Assembly (NCBI GenBank): GCA_943788985.1
Contig: CALSSJ010000005.1
Span: 64,001-128,000 of the forward strand
DNA: 64,000 bases
Source: an uncultured Lentisphaerales bacterium
GTDB lineage: Bacteria > Verrucomicrobiota > Lentisphaeria > JABSQK01 > UBA12247
Direction: 5' to 3'
Position 1 is the stretch's first letter. The number at the start of each line of letters is the position of its first letter. The translations under genes and the position numbers were made by a program. The notes under the pieces were generated by a model. It was not told the origin of the DNA, did not search any database, and worked only from the letters and a program-made list of their open reading frames with translations. This document shows, in pieces, positions 1-12,074 of this stretch.

Positions 1-1
1 T

Positions 2-3000
2 GAATTAACGATCGACCTCGGCACCGTCACTAACGTTTCCGACAACGATTCCAGCAATGACTACCTGCTAGTGGATTTCGACATTCAGGTACTGAACCAC
101 CCGTCGAACGAGAATGGTGCCCAGCGGTCGAACATTGCGCGCGTGGCCAGCGGCGGATTGCTCAATGAGCAGATTCAGGACATCAAAATCCTTGAGCCAT
201 TGCTGGATGTCACTGGCGAAATTCTATTTCCAAAACCAGCTGCAGATGTGGATGCGGGTGACTTGATTCAGTATCGTGTTGTGATCGAGCATACTGCGGA
301 TAGCAGTTCCGATGCCTTCGATGTCTCCTTTGCAAGCCTATTGAATGCGGCGGGGCCGGAACTGACCGTCGAGACGGTGCAAAGTTTTACGGCGAGTGCG
401 GGCGTCATTATTCTCGCTCCACTCAGCGTCGCCGTCGATGACACGAGCCTTTCGGCATCCTTTGACCTGCCGCTTGGTGAATCTGTAGAAGTGATCTTTG
501 ATGTGTTGGTTTCTGGCGTGATCGCACCCGGGCAGTCGCTGCTGAATGAGGCGACTGCAGATTGGGTTTCCTTGAAAGATAGCCCGCCGCAGTCCCGCGA
601 TGGCAGCGATGGGGTTGGGGGCTTGAACGACTATGTGGCAATGGCAACCCCGACGATCAACGTAGAGCCGCTTATGCAGCCCGTCGTACAGGCTGCGCCA
701 GGCACGTTGCGCATTGGTGAAACCGGCCATTTTTACGTGCGGGTCTGGCTCATTGAGGGGCCCACCGATCCGCTGGTCGTCACGCATCAGTTCACTGACC
801 AGACCTTTGTGCCGGGGACTCTTAGCATCGCTTACGGAACTTCCGGGATTGTCTCAGACTATCAGAATGAGCAAACAAGTGCAAGCAGCGCAACAAACAG
901 CCTCTCCGTATTGTTCGGTCGTGTGGTGAACCCACCCGATAACGACCCGTCCAACGACTACATTGACCTTGAGTACGATGCTGTTCTTGATAATGCTCCC
1001 GGAAACCAGAACGGTGTGGACCGAATCAGTACCATTATTGCGACAGATACCGTAATCCAGCAGCAGGCTGACACCACAGTGCGGGTGCTTGAGCCCGTCC
1101 TGGAACTTGCTGCGATCGTGACCCCAGATCCCGGCACTGTCGATGCCGGTGACGTGATTACCTTCCAGGCCACCATCTCCCATACAGTCGGCAGCGGATC
1201 TGATGCCCACGAGGTCGTGTTAGCCGCGAATGTCGACACCCGCATCGGTCGCATGGCCGTGACGAACATTGTCAATACAATCGTTACAGGCGGAGCCACA
1301 GTCACCGTGCCCACAGACATTGATCTCGATACTTACGGCCTGACTGGGCTCTATGAAATTCCCGTGGGGGGGGCGATTGAAGTGACCTTTCAGGCGGTTG
1401 TCAACGAAAACGTAAAGCCAGCGGATCTGCTGACTTCCTCCAGTGTCGCCACTTGGACGTCCTTGCCTGGCACCGTCACTGGTGAGCGTACCGGTGATGA
1501 CTCTGGCGGCGTGGATGATCATTTCCTCGAGGCGTCGATTGTCACGCCCGTTCGCGATGAATTGAATGCGGAGTTCGCAAGTATCCCGGATGGGATTTCG
1601 ATCGGCGAGGTGGTGACGATCGAAACTTCCGCACTTCCTATTGAGGGGGTAATCCCGAACGGCAGCGTCGAGATCGACATCCCGGACGGCCTCACCTTCC
1701 AGCCTGGAAGTATTACGGTGACTCCTGCATTTGCTGCTCCGATAGTGCCATTTGACGAAGGAACTGTTGGGATCAATGGGAATACGCTCACCATCCCACT
1801 GGGTCCACTCTTCAACCCGGGAGATAACAACGTTGCCAATGATCGGATCACGATCGGCTTGGATGTCGTCGCTGTGAATCTCCCGGCTAACCAGGACGGC
1901 CGCGCCTTGACCGTCGCCGCCCGGACTTTCTTGGACGGAGCCTTGCGCGGCCAGTTGAGCCACGATATTCTGGTGACAGAGCCCGAGCTTGAGGCAGTGA
2001 TTCAGACCATCGGAGCGCCCGATGCCCCGGACGCTGCGGATATAATCGGCTACGAAGTGATCGTCCGCCATGCCACATCGAGTACAGCGGCTGCATTTGA
2101 TGCAGACCTTCTAGTCACAGTGGATCCAACGCTCGGTCGCCTGGTTGCCACTCAAATCACATCCATCACACCCGAGGGCGATGCCACGATTGACACGCAG
2201 CCTGTGATTGGCGGCAGCGGAAGCATTCTGCAGGGATCCTTCGATATCCCATTGGGTGGCCAGATCGCTATTCGCTACGATGCCGTGATCCAGCAGTCCG
2301 TAGCCCGTGCCGACGCCCTGCAGACCGATGCTGCGTTAGATTGGTCGTCGCTCAACAGTGCACCACCCGGCGAAAGAACTGGCGACGACGGGGAAGTCGG
2401 TCTTAACGATTACGTCTCTTCATCGCAGCACATCCTGACAGCTTCAGGCCTGCCGCGTATCGACCACATTAACCCGCCGCTGACCGGACTGGTGGGGCAG
2501 ATTCTGCACTACGAGCTGCGCATTGATGTGATGGAAGGTAACACGCCGGCGGTTGAACTGCGCAACATCTTACCGACCGCACTGGCCTTTCAGCCCGGCA
2601 GTCTTGAAGTTCAAACCGGCTCGCTTGGCCTGCTGACTGGTTATGTGGACGAGGCTCAGCACCTGAGCCTGACAGGACAGGATCTCTTTGTGAATCTCGG
2701 GAATGTGTCCAATAATGCGGACAACAATCCCAACAATGATTTCATTACGGTTGAGTGGGATGTCATTGTTCTGAATAACATCTTCAATGATGACGGCACA
2801 GAGAAAACGAACATCGCCGCTGCGCACGTCGAAACGGTGCTGATCGACGTGGATGAGTTCGAGAATCTGGTGATTATTGAGCCGGATCTTACCCTGACTC
2901 ATACCAAGCTCAGCCCAGCGTCAAACATAAAGCTTAACAACGGCACAGCGGTGACCTATGAGCTAGAGATCAAACACACCGCAGACAGTAAGAACTCTGC

Positions 3001-6000
3001 CTATGATGTGCTCATTGAGGATGTCCTCGACGGTGCCTCCGGTTTCCTGTTGGTGGACAGCATTCTGAGCACCGGCATCAGCCCCGGAGTCGTGACCATC
3101 GTGCCTACAGGAGGAGAAGGAACCGGTACCTTGACTGGTACCTACAACATTCCGCTCGGTGGTTCCGTCACGATCGTGTTCACAGCCACCGTGCAGGATG
3201 GATTTACGCCCGGGCAGTCCTTCGACTCGGTCGCCACGCTTACCTGGAGCAGCTTGCCCGGGACCCCAGTCGGTGAACGTACCGGTGCAGGTGTACCTGA
3301 TCCCAACAACATTGACGACTATTTTGAGATCAGGACTGTATTCAGTGAGGGGGCCGAACCGGAAATCGGAGTCCTCGGCGGCGCGAACACCGGGCTGGCA
3401 CTGTTCGCAGGGCAGCAGACTGTCAGCCTTGCTGACAACACGGACTTTGGGCAGGTTCGGCGCGGTCAAGCGGGGCCTGTTCGATCCTATACCGTCCAGA
3501 ACCTCGGAGAAGGTCGCCTGGATACCACGCTTACCTTGCCAGCTGGCTATATGATCATTGATCCGTTGGCTGCGAACATCGCAGGCGGGGCCTCTGATGT
3601 CTTTACCATCCAGCTCGATTCTTCAGTCGCCGGCCAATTCAACGGCGACATCGTCATTGGCAACAACGATCTTGACGAGTCCCCTTTCCACTTTGCGGTT
3701 GCTGGGCTGGTTGTCGCCCCAAATATCACGGTGATCGGCAACGGCGAATCTATTGAAGATGGCTCGGTGGACTATTCGGTGGACGATCATACCGACTTTG
3801 GTGCGATTCGTCTGCACGAGACTCCGGTAACGCGTGTGTTCACGGTGCGCAACGATGGTGACGATCCACTCGCACTGGGGGCCGTAGGTGTGCCGCCGGG
3901 ATTCGAGCTACTCAGTGACCTGTCTGGCACGCTCCAGCCTGGCGGACTGACCACGTTCTCCGTGCGCGTGGACACGGGGAGCTTGGCCGAATACACCGGT
4001 ACAGTGACTTTCACCCATAGCGACGAGGATGAGAGTCCGTTCGACTTTGTCATTCATGGCCTGGTTTCGCAGCCGGAGATTGCAATCCTCGGTGGAGACA
4101 CTGGGCTGGAGCTGACGAGCGGTCAGCTCACGACTGCTGCTGCCGACGGCACCGATTTGGGGTTGGGCGTGCAGGAAGGTACCCGTGTATCTAGCATATT
4201 TACGATTCGAAACGATGGCGGTACGCCGCTTACGTTGGGCCCGTTCCCGGTTACGGCACCCTTTACCGTCACGACCACTCCGCCCCCATTCCTGGGGGCA
4301 GGTGAGACTGCCGAGTTGACCATTGAGCTAACAACTGATACGCCAGGCACCTATGGCGGCACCGTCACTGTCGCAAACGACGACCCAGACGAGAACCCCT
4401 TTACGTTCAGCGTAGCCGGTATTGTTGAGCCAGCGCCCTTTGTGTTCCTGAGCGTGGTCGGATCGCCAGTGTCTGAAAACCGCGGCACCGCGACCGTAAC
4501 TGCCAGCTTGTCGCAGGCAACTGGTGTAGCGGTAACCATCAACCTCAGCGTCGGCGGAACCGCGACCCCGGCGGACTACCTCATCACGGGCACCACAATC
4601 ATTGTCGAAGCTGGGCAAATCAGCAACAGCGTAGATATCGTGACTACGCGTGACACGGTCACCGATCCGGGTGAAACCGTGATCCTGGCGATCGATTCGA
4701 TGATGAATGGTCGTGAATCCTCACCGCAGCAGGTGACGATCACGATCACAGACGAGTTTCCTGCGGCTGTCACTTTGTATGTGGATCAAGGTGCCACAGG
4801 CAACAACACCGGTACCTCCTGGGCCAACGCATACCTCGAGCTGCAGTCTGCTCTAGACATCGCGCGTGCTGGTGACCAGATCTGGATGGCTGACGGCACA
4901 TACACGCCGGGCGCCACCCGCAGCGATAGCTTTGTGCTCATGGATGAGGTACGCATCCTCGGCGGTTTCGCAGGCAGCGAGAGTTCGCCAGATCAACGCA
5001 TCGCTGGCGCGCCCACCATTCTTTCTGGGGACATCGGCGCTCCGGGAGATTTCTCAGACAACGTCTATCACGTGGTGACAGCAACCGGCCCAGGGGATGA
5101 CTATATCTTGGACAGCCTCACGATTCGAGATGGGAATGCCAATGGTCCTGATTCAGCGGAGCAGATTGGCGGCGGTGTCTACCTTAATAACGCAAACCTC
5201 ACGATCACTAACTCTATCCTGACAGACTCGCGGGCTCTCGTCGACGGTGGTAATGGCTGGTTCGGTGCGCTGTCTCCTGTCCTGCTCAGCGACAGTACCG
5301 TCAGCAATGGTCAGGCCAACCGTGGTGCCGGTATTTTTGTCGCTGCAAATGTTCTGCGGGGCACCAATGTCACGTTCCTTGCCAACGTCGCTATTGGGGA
5401 TGGTGGCGGCCTCTATAACGGCAGTGGCACCGAACTGACCGGCGGTTCTTTCTCCGGCGACCAAGCAGCCAACGGCGGCGGAATTTTCACGGTGAACTCT
5501 GCGGCGACTCCGGATCTTTTGGTGGATGGCGTAAGCTTTTCTGGGACGTCCGTCAGTGGTGGTGGTGGCGGCATTTTCATTGCTGGCGGCACAGTCGTTG
5601 TCGATAACTCTAGCTTCGATGGCTGCTCCGCGGGCAGTGGGGCAGGGATCCAGACTAGTAGCGGTGTGCTGACGTTGATCCGCAGTTCCTTCACCAACGG
5701 CGGCGCGGTATCTGGCGGCGGTGTGCAGCTCTCAGGTGGCACTGCAACTCTCGATTCGATCTCCTTCGACGGCAACACCGCGACCCAAGGTGGCGCCTTG
5801 GCTCTGTCCGGCGGCAGCGCAACCATAAAGAACACGCTCATGACCAACAACACCGCTGCCAACGGTGGCGCGATCTATGCAGGGGCTACGCTGGCGGTCG
5901 ACAACGCAACTTTCGCTTCGAACTCAGCAACAGACAGCGGTGGTGCCCTCTACATTAGCGCCGGTAACACGACTGTCGAAAACAGCATTCTCTGGTCTAA

Positions 6001-9000
6001 TACTGGCACCGCTCCTGCCGCTACACTCGTAAGCGGCAGTCTCTCCTTCGCCTACAGCGCAGTTCAGGGCTCTGGAGGTTCCGGCTCTTGGGCGGGCCCC
6101 GGTACTGACCTCGGCGGAAACATCTCTGCGGACCCGCAGTTCATCGATGCTGCGAACGGGAATTATGAGCTTACTCCCGTGGGCCCGGCCGTCGATGCTG
6201 GTAACAACGCGCTGGTCCCGGCCGCGACACTGACCGACCTAGCGGGTGCTCCGCGCTTTGTCGACGACTTGAACACGCCTGATACCGGTGCTGGAAGCGC
6301 GCCGATTGTAGACATGGGCGCACTTGAAATGCCGCAGTCTCCATTGGCGTCCATTGGTGACTTTGTCTGGTTGGATGAGAATGCCGATGGCATTCAGCAG
6401 CCCGCCGAGTTTGGTGTGAAGGGGATTCCCCTAGATCTACTGAATAGTCTAGGGCAGGTGATCGACACGACCCTCTCAGGGAATGAGGGTGAGTACCTGT
6501 TCGAGGATCTAATCGCTGGGTCATACCAGGTCCGTGTGCAGAACAACGATCGCCCAATCTCCAATCCGGGTGAGGGCAGCGATGATGCTCTGGACAGTGA
6601 CTTTGACCTTGACACCGGTCTGAGCCCGTTCCTCGTCATCACGCCAGGGCTAGAACTGCACTCGGTGGACGTTGGGCTGCGGGTTGGGCCGATTCCGGTC
6701 GCTTGGCGCCTGCCACAAAATGTGAATATCGTTGATAACAGCTTGGACACCTTTGGCCATACACCGCCAGGCTGGGACGCCGGTGCCAACTCCCAGAGTT
6801 ACCTCCGCGGTGATGGCTACGCCCAGACGCTTGTTCAAGAGACCAATACGACCCGTGCCATTGGCCTGGGCCTCCCCAACCATATTCAAAGTCGGTCACA
6901 GATCCAGTATGCTGCCGTGCTCGACAGCACTGGTAAGTTCATCGTCTATGAAGGCACTGCCTTCCGCGGCGAGTTCGGTACGTATGAATCAGGAGATATT
7001 ATTCGTGTGCAAGTCGCTGGCCAGGTTGTTACCTACTGGGTAAACTCCGATCTGCGCTACACGTCCAACGTGCCTGTCGGAGTGCCTGAATTTGGCCTGG
7101 TGGTTGAGGCCGCATTCACATCGCCCAACGCGACACTGTTTGACGTGCGCCGTAGCGCGCCACAGCCGATTATCGACGAATACTTTGTCGAAGACGATGA
7201 TTCCAGTGATCCAAGCTTTTCTAACGGCGATACCCTTACCATCCAATTCAGCGGCAATACCAACAAGCCAGGCGGTGATGGGGTTCAGGACCGAACAGCA
7301 GTCGACCTCATGTTTGCGTTCAGTGAGCCGCTGGGGGCCAGCTACTCCGGGCAGTGGGTAACTGCAGATGCCTTCCGCATTACGATTCTGGACATTACAG
7401 GAGGCAGCATCAATCTCGGCAGCGCCACGGTCACCCCGACTGCAATCGTCCCCATCCTCGACGAGTCAGAAGGCTCCCGCCGTGCCCAGCACGAATCCGA
7501 TGCACTTACGGGAAGTTTTGGTTCGCGCGCCGGCATTCTCATGCCGATCGAGTGGGTTGAGTATGACCCCGAAATCGCGGTGAATGGCACGGATATCACG
7601 CGGACAGATGACACTCGCAAGGGGTTCATCGAAGCACTCTCCGCGCATTGGATGCCGGGCCCGCAGACATTCGTAGAGACCACAGTTCTGCAGATGGACG
7701 AAACACGGGCTCTGGGATTGAACTCAAGTAATTCGCTAGGCTCTGCCCTGAACGACATCGATTACGCTCTGTACCTTCGACCGGCTAACGGTGAGTACCG
7801 CCTGATGAAGCGCAGCACTGTCGAATACATTAGCACCTACTTCCCGGGAGATCGGTTCCGGCTTGAAACGGATGGAGATACCATCTCTCTAATTCAGAAC
7901 GGTGTGTTTCAGCACAGCTTCACCGATGACGTCACCTACCCGCTGTTCGTCGATGGCGTGCTGTTGGAAACCGGGGCGACTATTGCGGACGTCACCATGA
8001 TGCCCGTAGCTCCCAATATCATACAGGTTTTGTGCTCGGATCCGGATGAGTCTTCCCCTGCTGTCGACGTGGGTGATCTCATCACGATTTCCTTCGACGG
8101 CGACACCAATCAGGTCCTCGGCCCCGGCACCCTCAGCAAAGACCAGGTGGACTCGATCCTGACGAGTTCTGCCGTTCTTGGTGCTGACTACACCGGCCAG
8201 TGGCTCGACGGCAAGAACCTACAAATCACAGTGACCAACGCCTCTGGCAGCACGGTGGCCTTGGGCACCGTGTTTACGCCAACCGGTCTTCCGCCTATCA
8301 CCCATGAAGCAGGTTCGCCAGCGTCGCTGGTCTCTGGCGCGCTGATTGGAAATTTCGGCCTGCAGTATCCGCTGGGGATTCCTGTAACTTGGCAGAGCCC
8401 GATCAATGTGGAAGTTGACGGGACCACTCTCGTCAAGACCTCCGCCAACAACAACTTCGATGCCGGAGCCACCGGTACACAGTTGTTTACGCAGGGAAAT
8501 CACTTTGTTTCCGCCACAATCAACGACGCCACGCAGATGCGCGCTATTGGCTTTGGTGATGCCACAGACTCCGGTGCTGCCATCACTGACATTCTTTGGG
8601 GCCTGCGCGTTCGTAGTGATTTCGGGGCGATCGTCGAGAATGGCCTGATCGTCGGTAACATCGGTGCAGTCGCCGATGGCGCGGTGATCAAGGTCGAGAT
8701 TCGCGGCAGTCAGGTGATCTACGTGGTGGATGGTGTGGACCGAGGCGTTTCACCGACCGCGATCGGCGCCGGAGACTTTCCATTGCGTGTTGAATCCTCG
8801 CTGCAGGCTTTTGCCGCCACCTTGATCGATGTCCGTCGCAGCCTAGTCAACGGCTCTCGTACGACATCTTCCGACAGCGCGGTCAGCTTTGCTGGGCAAG
8901 GAGCGGTTGCGAACTCCGCAAATGTTTACTACCTGCCGTTGCAACCAGGCTGGAACCTAGTTTCGTTGCCACTGGAGCCTGCCGTTTCCACAGCAAGCGA

Positions 9001-9349
9001 GTTGTTTGCGAACTCCGCAATCAGCGGCGCTGTCTTCTCTGTGGCCGAGGATGGCAGTTACGTGCCAGCAGAGGACATTGCTGGCGGCGAAGGCTATTGG
9101 GTGTTTGTCGGTGGCGAGAGCCCAGTGGTAGTTACAGTTGATGGCGCACCGTTTGCGCTCTCTAGCTTCGTCGACGGCTGGAATCTTAAAGGCGTGCCTT
9201 ATGAGACAGCGGTGCCGGCATCACTGCAGGTGGATGCGATCCATTCGTTCGAAGCCGGTCGCTATTACGAGCACGCGGCAGAGAGCATTCTCACGATTGG
9301 TCTAGGGTATTGGATCTTTACGCCGGAGGGTGGCCAGGTCGTTTGGTAG
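2..9349 (+). CDS. Giant secreted/surface adhesin-like protein, 5'-truncated by the window. Domains: DUF11/isopeptide fimbrial-type Ig repeats, choice-of-anchor-D-like Ig repeats, Calx-beta, GGA(I/L) beta-helix, SdrD B-like, C-terminal GWNL..GYW domain
   Basis: The frame is open from base 2 (ELTIDLGTVTNVSDNDSSNDYLLVDF...). Contains four (E/S)R(T/D)G..G...(N/D)D(Y/H)-ending repeats, three TD(F/L)G...N.D.DE.PF.F repeats, GGAI/GGGI repeats ending DMGALE, and SIGDFVWLDENADGIQ (SdrD_B). Confidence 0.9.
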   Translation, partial: ELTIDLGTVTNVSDNDSSNDYLLVDFDIQVLNHPSNENGAQRSNIARVASGGLLNEQIQDIKILEPLLDVTGEILFPKPAADVDAGDLIQYRVVIEHTADSSSDAFDVSFASLLNAAGPELTVETVQSFTASAGVIILAPLSVAVDDTSLSASFDLPLGESVEVIFDVLVSGVIAPGQSLLNEATADWVSLKDSPPQSRDGSDGVGGLNDYVAMATPTINVEPLMQPVVQAAPGTLRIGETGHFYVRVWLIEGPTDPLVVTHQFTDQTFVPGTLSIAYGTSGIVSDYQNEQTSASSATNSLSVLFGRVVNPPDNDPSNDYIDLEYDAVLDNAPGNQNGVDRISTIIATDTVIQQQADTTVRVLEPVLELAAIVTPDPGTVDAGDVITFQATISHTVGSGSDAHEVVLAANVDTRIGRMAVTNIVNTIVTGGATVTVPTDIDLDTYGLTGLYEIPVGGAIEVTFQAVVNENVKPADLLTSSSVATWTSLPGTVTGERTGDDSGGVDDHFLEASIVTPVRDELNAEFASIPDGISIGEVVTIETSALPIEGVIPNGSVEIDIPDGLTFQPGSITVTPAFAAPIVPFDEGTVGINGNTLTIPLGPLFNPGDNNVANDRITIGLDVVAVNLPANQDGRALTVAARTFLDGALRGQLSHDILVTEPELEAVIQTIGAPDAPDAADIIGYEVIVRHATSSTAAAFDADLLVTVDPTLGRLVATQITSITPEGDATIDTQPVIGGSGSILQGSFDIPLGGQIAIRYDAVIQQSVARADALQTDAALDWSSLNSAPPGERTGDDGEVGLNDYVSSSQHILTASGLPRIDHINPPLTGLVGQILHYELRIDVMEGNTPAVELRNILPTALAFQPGSLEVQTGSLGLLTGYVDEAQHLSLTGQDLFVNLGNVSNNADNNPNNDFITVEWDVIVLNNIFNDDGTEKTNIAAAHVETVLIDVDEFENLVIIEPDLTLTHTKLSPASNIKLNNGTAVTYELEIKHTADSKNSAYDVLIEDVLDGASGFLLVDSILSTGISPGVVTIVPTGGEGTGTLTGTYNIPLGGSVTIVFTATVQDGFTPGQSFDSVATLTWSSLPGTPVGERTGAGVPDPNNIDDYFEIRTVFSEGAEPEIGVLGGANTGLALFAGQQTVSLADNTDFGQVRRGQAGPVRSYTVQNLGEGRLDTTLTLPAGYMIIDPLAANIAGGASDVFTIQLDSSVAGQFNGDIVIGNNDLDESPFHFAVAGLVVAPNITVIGNGESIEDGSVDYSVDDHTDFGAIRLHETPVTRVFTVRNDGDDPLALGAVGVPPGFELLSDLSGTLQPGGLTTFSVRVDTGSLAEYTGTVTFTHSDEDESPFDFVIHGLVSQPEIAILGGDTGLELTSGQLTTAAADGTDLGLGVQEGTRVSSIFTIRNDGGTPLTLGPFPVTAPFTVTTTPPPFLGAGETAELTIELTTDTPGTYGGTVTVANDDPDENPFTFSVAGIVEPAPFVFLSVVGSPVSENRGTATVTASLSQATGVAVTINLSVGGTATPADYLITGTTIIVEAGQISNSVDIVTTRDTVTDPGETVILAIDSMMNGRESSPQQVTITITDEFPAAVTLYVDQGATGNNTGTSWANAYLELQSALDIARAGDQIWMADGTYTPGATRSDSFVLMDEVRILGGFAGSESSPDQRIAGAPTILSGDIGAPGDFSDNVYHVVTATGPGDDYILDSLTIRDGNANGPDSAEQIGGGVYLNNANLTITNSILTDSRALVDGGNGWFGALSPVLLSDSTVSNGQANRGAGIFVAANVLRGTNVTFLANVAIGDGGGLYNGSGTELTGGSFSGDQAANGGGIFTVNSAATPDLLVDGVSFSGTSVSGGGGGIFIAGGTVVVDNSSFDGCSAGSGAGIQTSSGVLTLIRSSFTNGGAVSGGGVQLSGGTATLDSISFDGNTATQGGALALSGGSATIKNTLMTNNTAANGGAIYAGATLAVDNATFASNSATDSGGALYISAGNTTVENSILWSNTGTAPAATLVSGSLSFAYSAVQGSGGSGSWAGPGTDLGGNISADPQFIDAANGNYELTPVGPAVDAGNNALVPAATLTDLAGAPRFVDDLNTPDTGAGSAPIVDMGALEMPQSPLASIGDFVWLDENADGIQQPAEFGVKGIPLDLLNSLGQVIDTTLSGNEGEYLFEDLIAGSYQVRVQNNDRPISNPGEGSDDALDSDFDLDTGLSPFLVITPGLELHSVDVGLRVGPIPVAWRLPQNVNIVDNSLDTFGHTPPGWDAGANSQSYLRGDGYAQTLVQETNTTRAIGLGLPNHIQSRSQIQYAAVLDSTGKFIVYEGTAFRGEFGTYESGDIIRVQVAGQVVTYWVNSDLRYTSNVPVGVPEFGLVVEAAFTSPNATLFDVRRSAPQPIIDEYFVEDDDSSDPSFSNGDTLTIQFSGNTNKPGGDGVQDRTAVDLMFAFSEPLGASYSGQWVTADAFRITILDITGGSINLGSATVTPTAIVPILDESEGSRRAQHESDALTGSFGSRAGILMPIEWVEYDPEIAVNGTDITRTDDTRKGFIEALSAHWMPGPQTFVETTVLQMDETRALGLNSSNSLGSALNDIDYALYLRPANGEYRLMKRSTVEYISTYFPGDRFRLETDGDTISLIQNGVFQHSFTDDVTYPLFVDGVLLETGATIADVTMMPVAPNIIQVLCSDPDESSPAVDVGDLITISFDGDTNQVLGPGTLSKDQVDSILTSSAVLGADYTGQWLDGKNLQITVTNASGSTVALGTVFTPTGLPPITHEAGSPASLVSGALIGNFGLQYPLGIPVTWQSPINVEVDGTTLVKTSANNNFDAGATGTQLFTQGNHFVSATINDATQMRAIGFGDATDSGAAITDILWGLRVRSDFGAIVENGLIVGNIGAVADGAVIKVEIRGSQVIYVVDGVDRGVSPTAIGAGDFPLRVESSLQAFAATLIDVRRSLVNGSRTTSSDSAVSFAGQGAVANSANVYYLPLQPGWNLVSLPLEPAVSTASELFANSAISGAVFSVAEDGSYVPAEDIAGGEGYWVFVGGESPVVVTVDGAPFALSSFVDGWNLKGVPYETAVPASLQVDAIHSFEAGRYYEHAAESILTIGLGYWIFTPEGGQVVW

Positions 9350-9397
9350 GCTGGCACTCCGCCGAAAAGCAGATAGCTGTGCGAGGCCGCTCACCGA

Positions 9398-10901
9398 ATG
9401 TTTGAGATTAAGCTGGATCGACACGCACCGCCTGTATTTGCGCTGTTTGTCGTAGCCTTCGTTTACGTCTCCGTGCCCCTAGTCCGATCAGATCTCTGGT
9501 TTGACGAGATTGTGACCCTATTCGATTGGGTGCTCCACGACGATTGGCAACGAATCTTTCGCAACTACCCGGTCGCGAATAACCACATCCTGTACTCCGC
9601 GATGCTGTGGGCGTGGATGCACTTGTTTGCCGGTAACCCCAATGCACTCACAGAGTCGGTGCTGCGCGTGCCCTCTCTGCTGTGCGCGCTGGTCGGGTTG
9701 CTAATCTGCTACCGCAGAATCTCCGCCCTCTATGGTCACAGTCGGGGGCTGGTTTTGGGTTGCATGCTCTGCACCAGCCCAATTCTGCTGACGTTCGCGA
9801 CCCAAATGCGAGGCTACGGTCTCACTTTTGCCCTGTCTGCTGCTGCAACCTGCGGCATTCTCGACATTTATCATGGGAATCATCGCCGTGGCGTAATGAT
9901 GGCCTGTCCCGCCTTGATCCTGTTACCGATGGCAATCCCGTCCAACTTATTGCTCAACGCCGGGCTCGTGGTCTTCCTGCTTCTGAGTTGGCAACAGATG
10001 CAGCGCAAGAGCATTTTGGTACTGCTTTTGGTCGTGGTTTGTGCCGGTCTCGGTGCCCTCGTCTACCTGCCAGTTCATGAGCAATTCCTCGCCGTGGTAC
10101 AGAAGACCGGAAACTTTGGCTCCTCGACAAAGCTCCTTGGTCATTTGGCACTGGCGGCCATCGCGCATTGCGGCCTCCTGGCCGCATGCGTACTGATCCT
10201 GCGCCGGGGGCGCGCGCGTGCTGAGGGTGACTCCTCCTGCCAGCATCTGCTGATGCTGGGTGCGTGCTGCCTGGTCCCGTTTCTTGCGCTCGCAATCGTG
10301 AAGGCGCCCTTTCCCCGTGTCTCTCTGATGTATCTTGTTCCCTTCTCGCTCGCCTTCCTGCCATTGGTGCCTAAAAATCTGCTGGACGATGGCCGAGATC
10401 TGCTCTACGTCCTTTTCTTCCTCATTACCAATGCCGTGCTGGTATCGGCGGTATCCCATAACGCGCGAGAGGTCGCGCTTGTTGAGGGAAAGTACCCGCA
10501 GGATTTGCTTACACAGTACTATCATGGGAGTAGGGATGTGTCGTCAGTGGCCCGTCTGCTCGCGCATCTCGAGGTCACGCCTCCTCATTCTGTGATCTAC
10601 TGTGATATCCACCTCTTCCCTGCGCTACGCTACTACTGGGTGGTCGCCGGGCGCAACGCCGCGCAGCTTCAGTGTCTGGACGGGGGCCGCCTGTTTCCGC
10701 TACGCGTTAATCCAAACGAGTTACGATTCCGGCCGCAGATCTTAATAGGCTACAGCGGCGCACAGGCTGCAAACCAGTACCTAAACAACACGGGTATCCA
10801 TGTTCGGCTGCAGGAGACGCTAACGGTGGCTGGACGGGACCTCGGGATCTTCCTCGCGTTCCCGATGCCGGATCGAGAGGACTTGATGCCAAAGAGGAAA
10901 A

Positions 10902-10915
<14 letters not shown>
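9398..10915 (+). CDS. Multi-pass membrane GT-C fold glycosyltransferase (PMT/ArnT-like)
   Basis: N-terminal TM followed by LWFDE, NNHILYS and QMRGY motifs; many hydrophobic segments. Confidence 0.7.

Positions 10916-12070
<1,155 letters not shown>

Positions 12071-12074
<4 letters not shown>

Noticed and set aside
338..8691. Many antisense and alternate-frame ORFs within the giant gene (and similarly across the window)
   Set aside because: They are shadow ORFs of GC-rich genes with no recognisable motifs.
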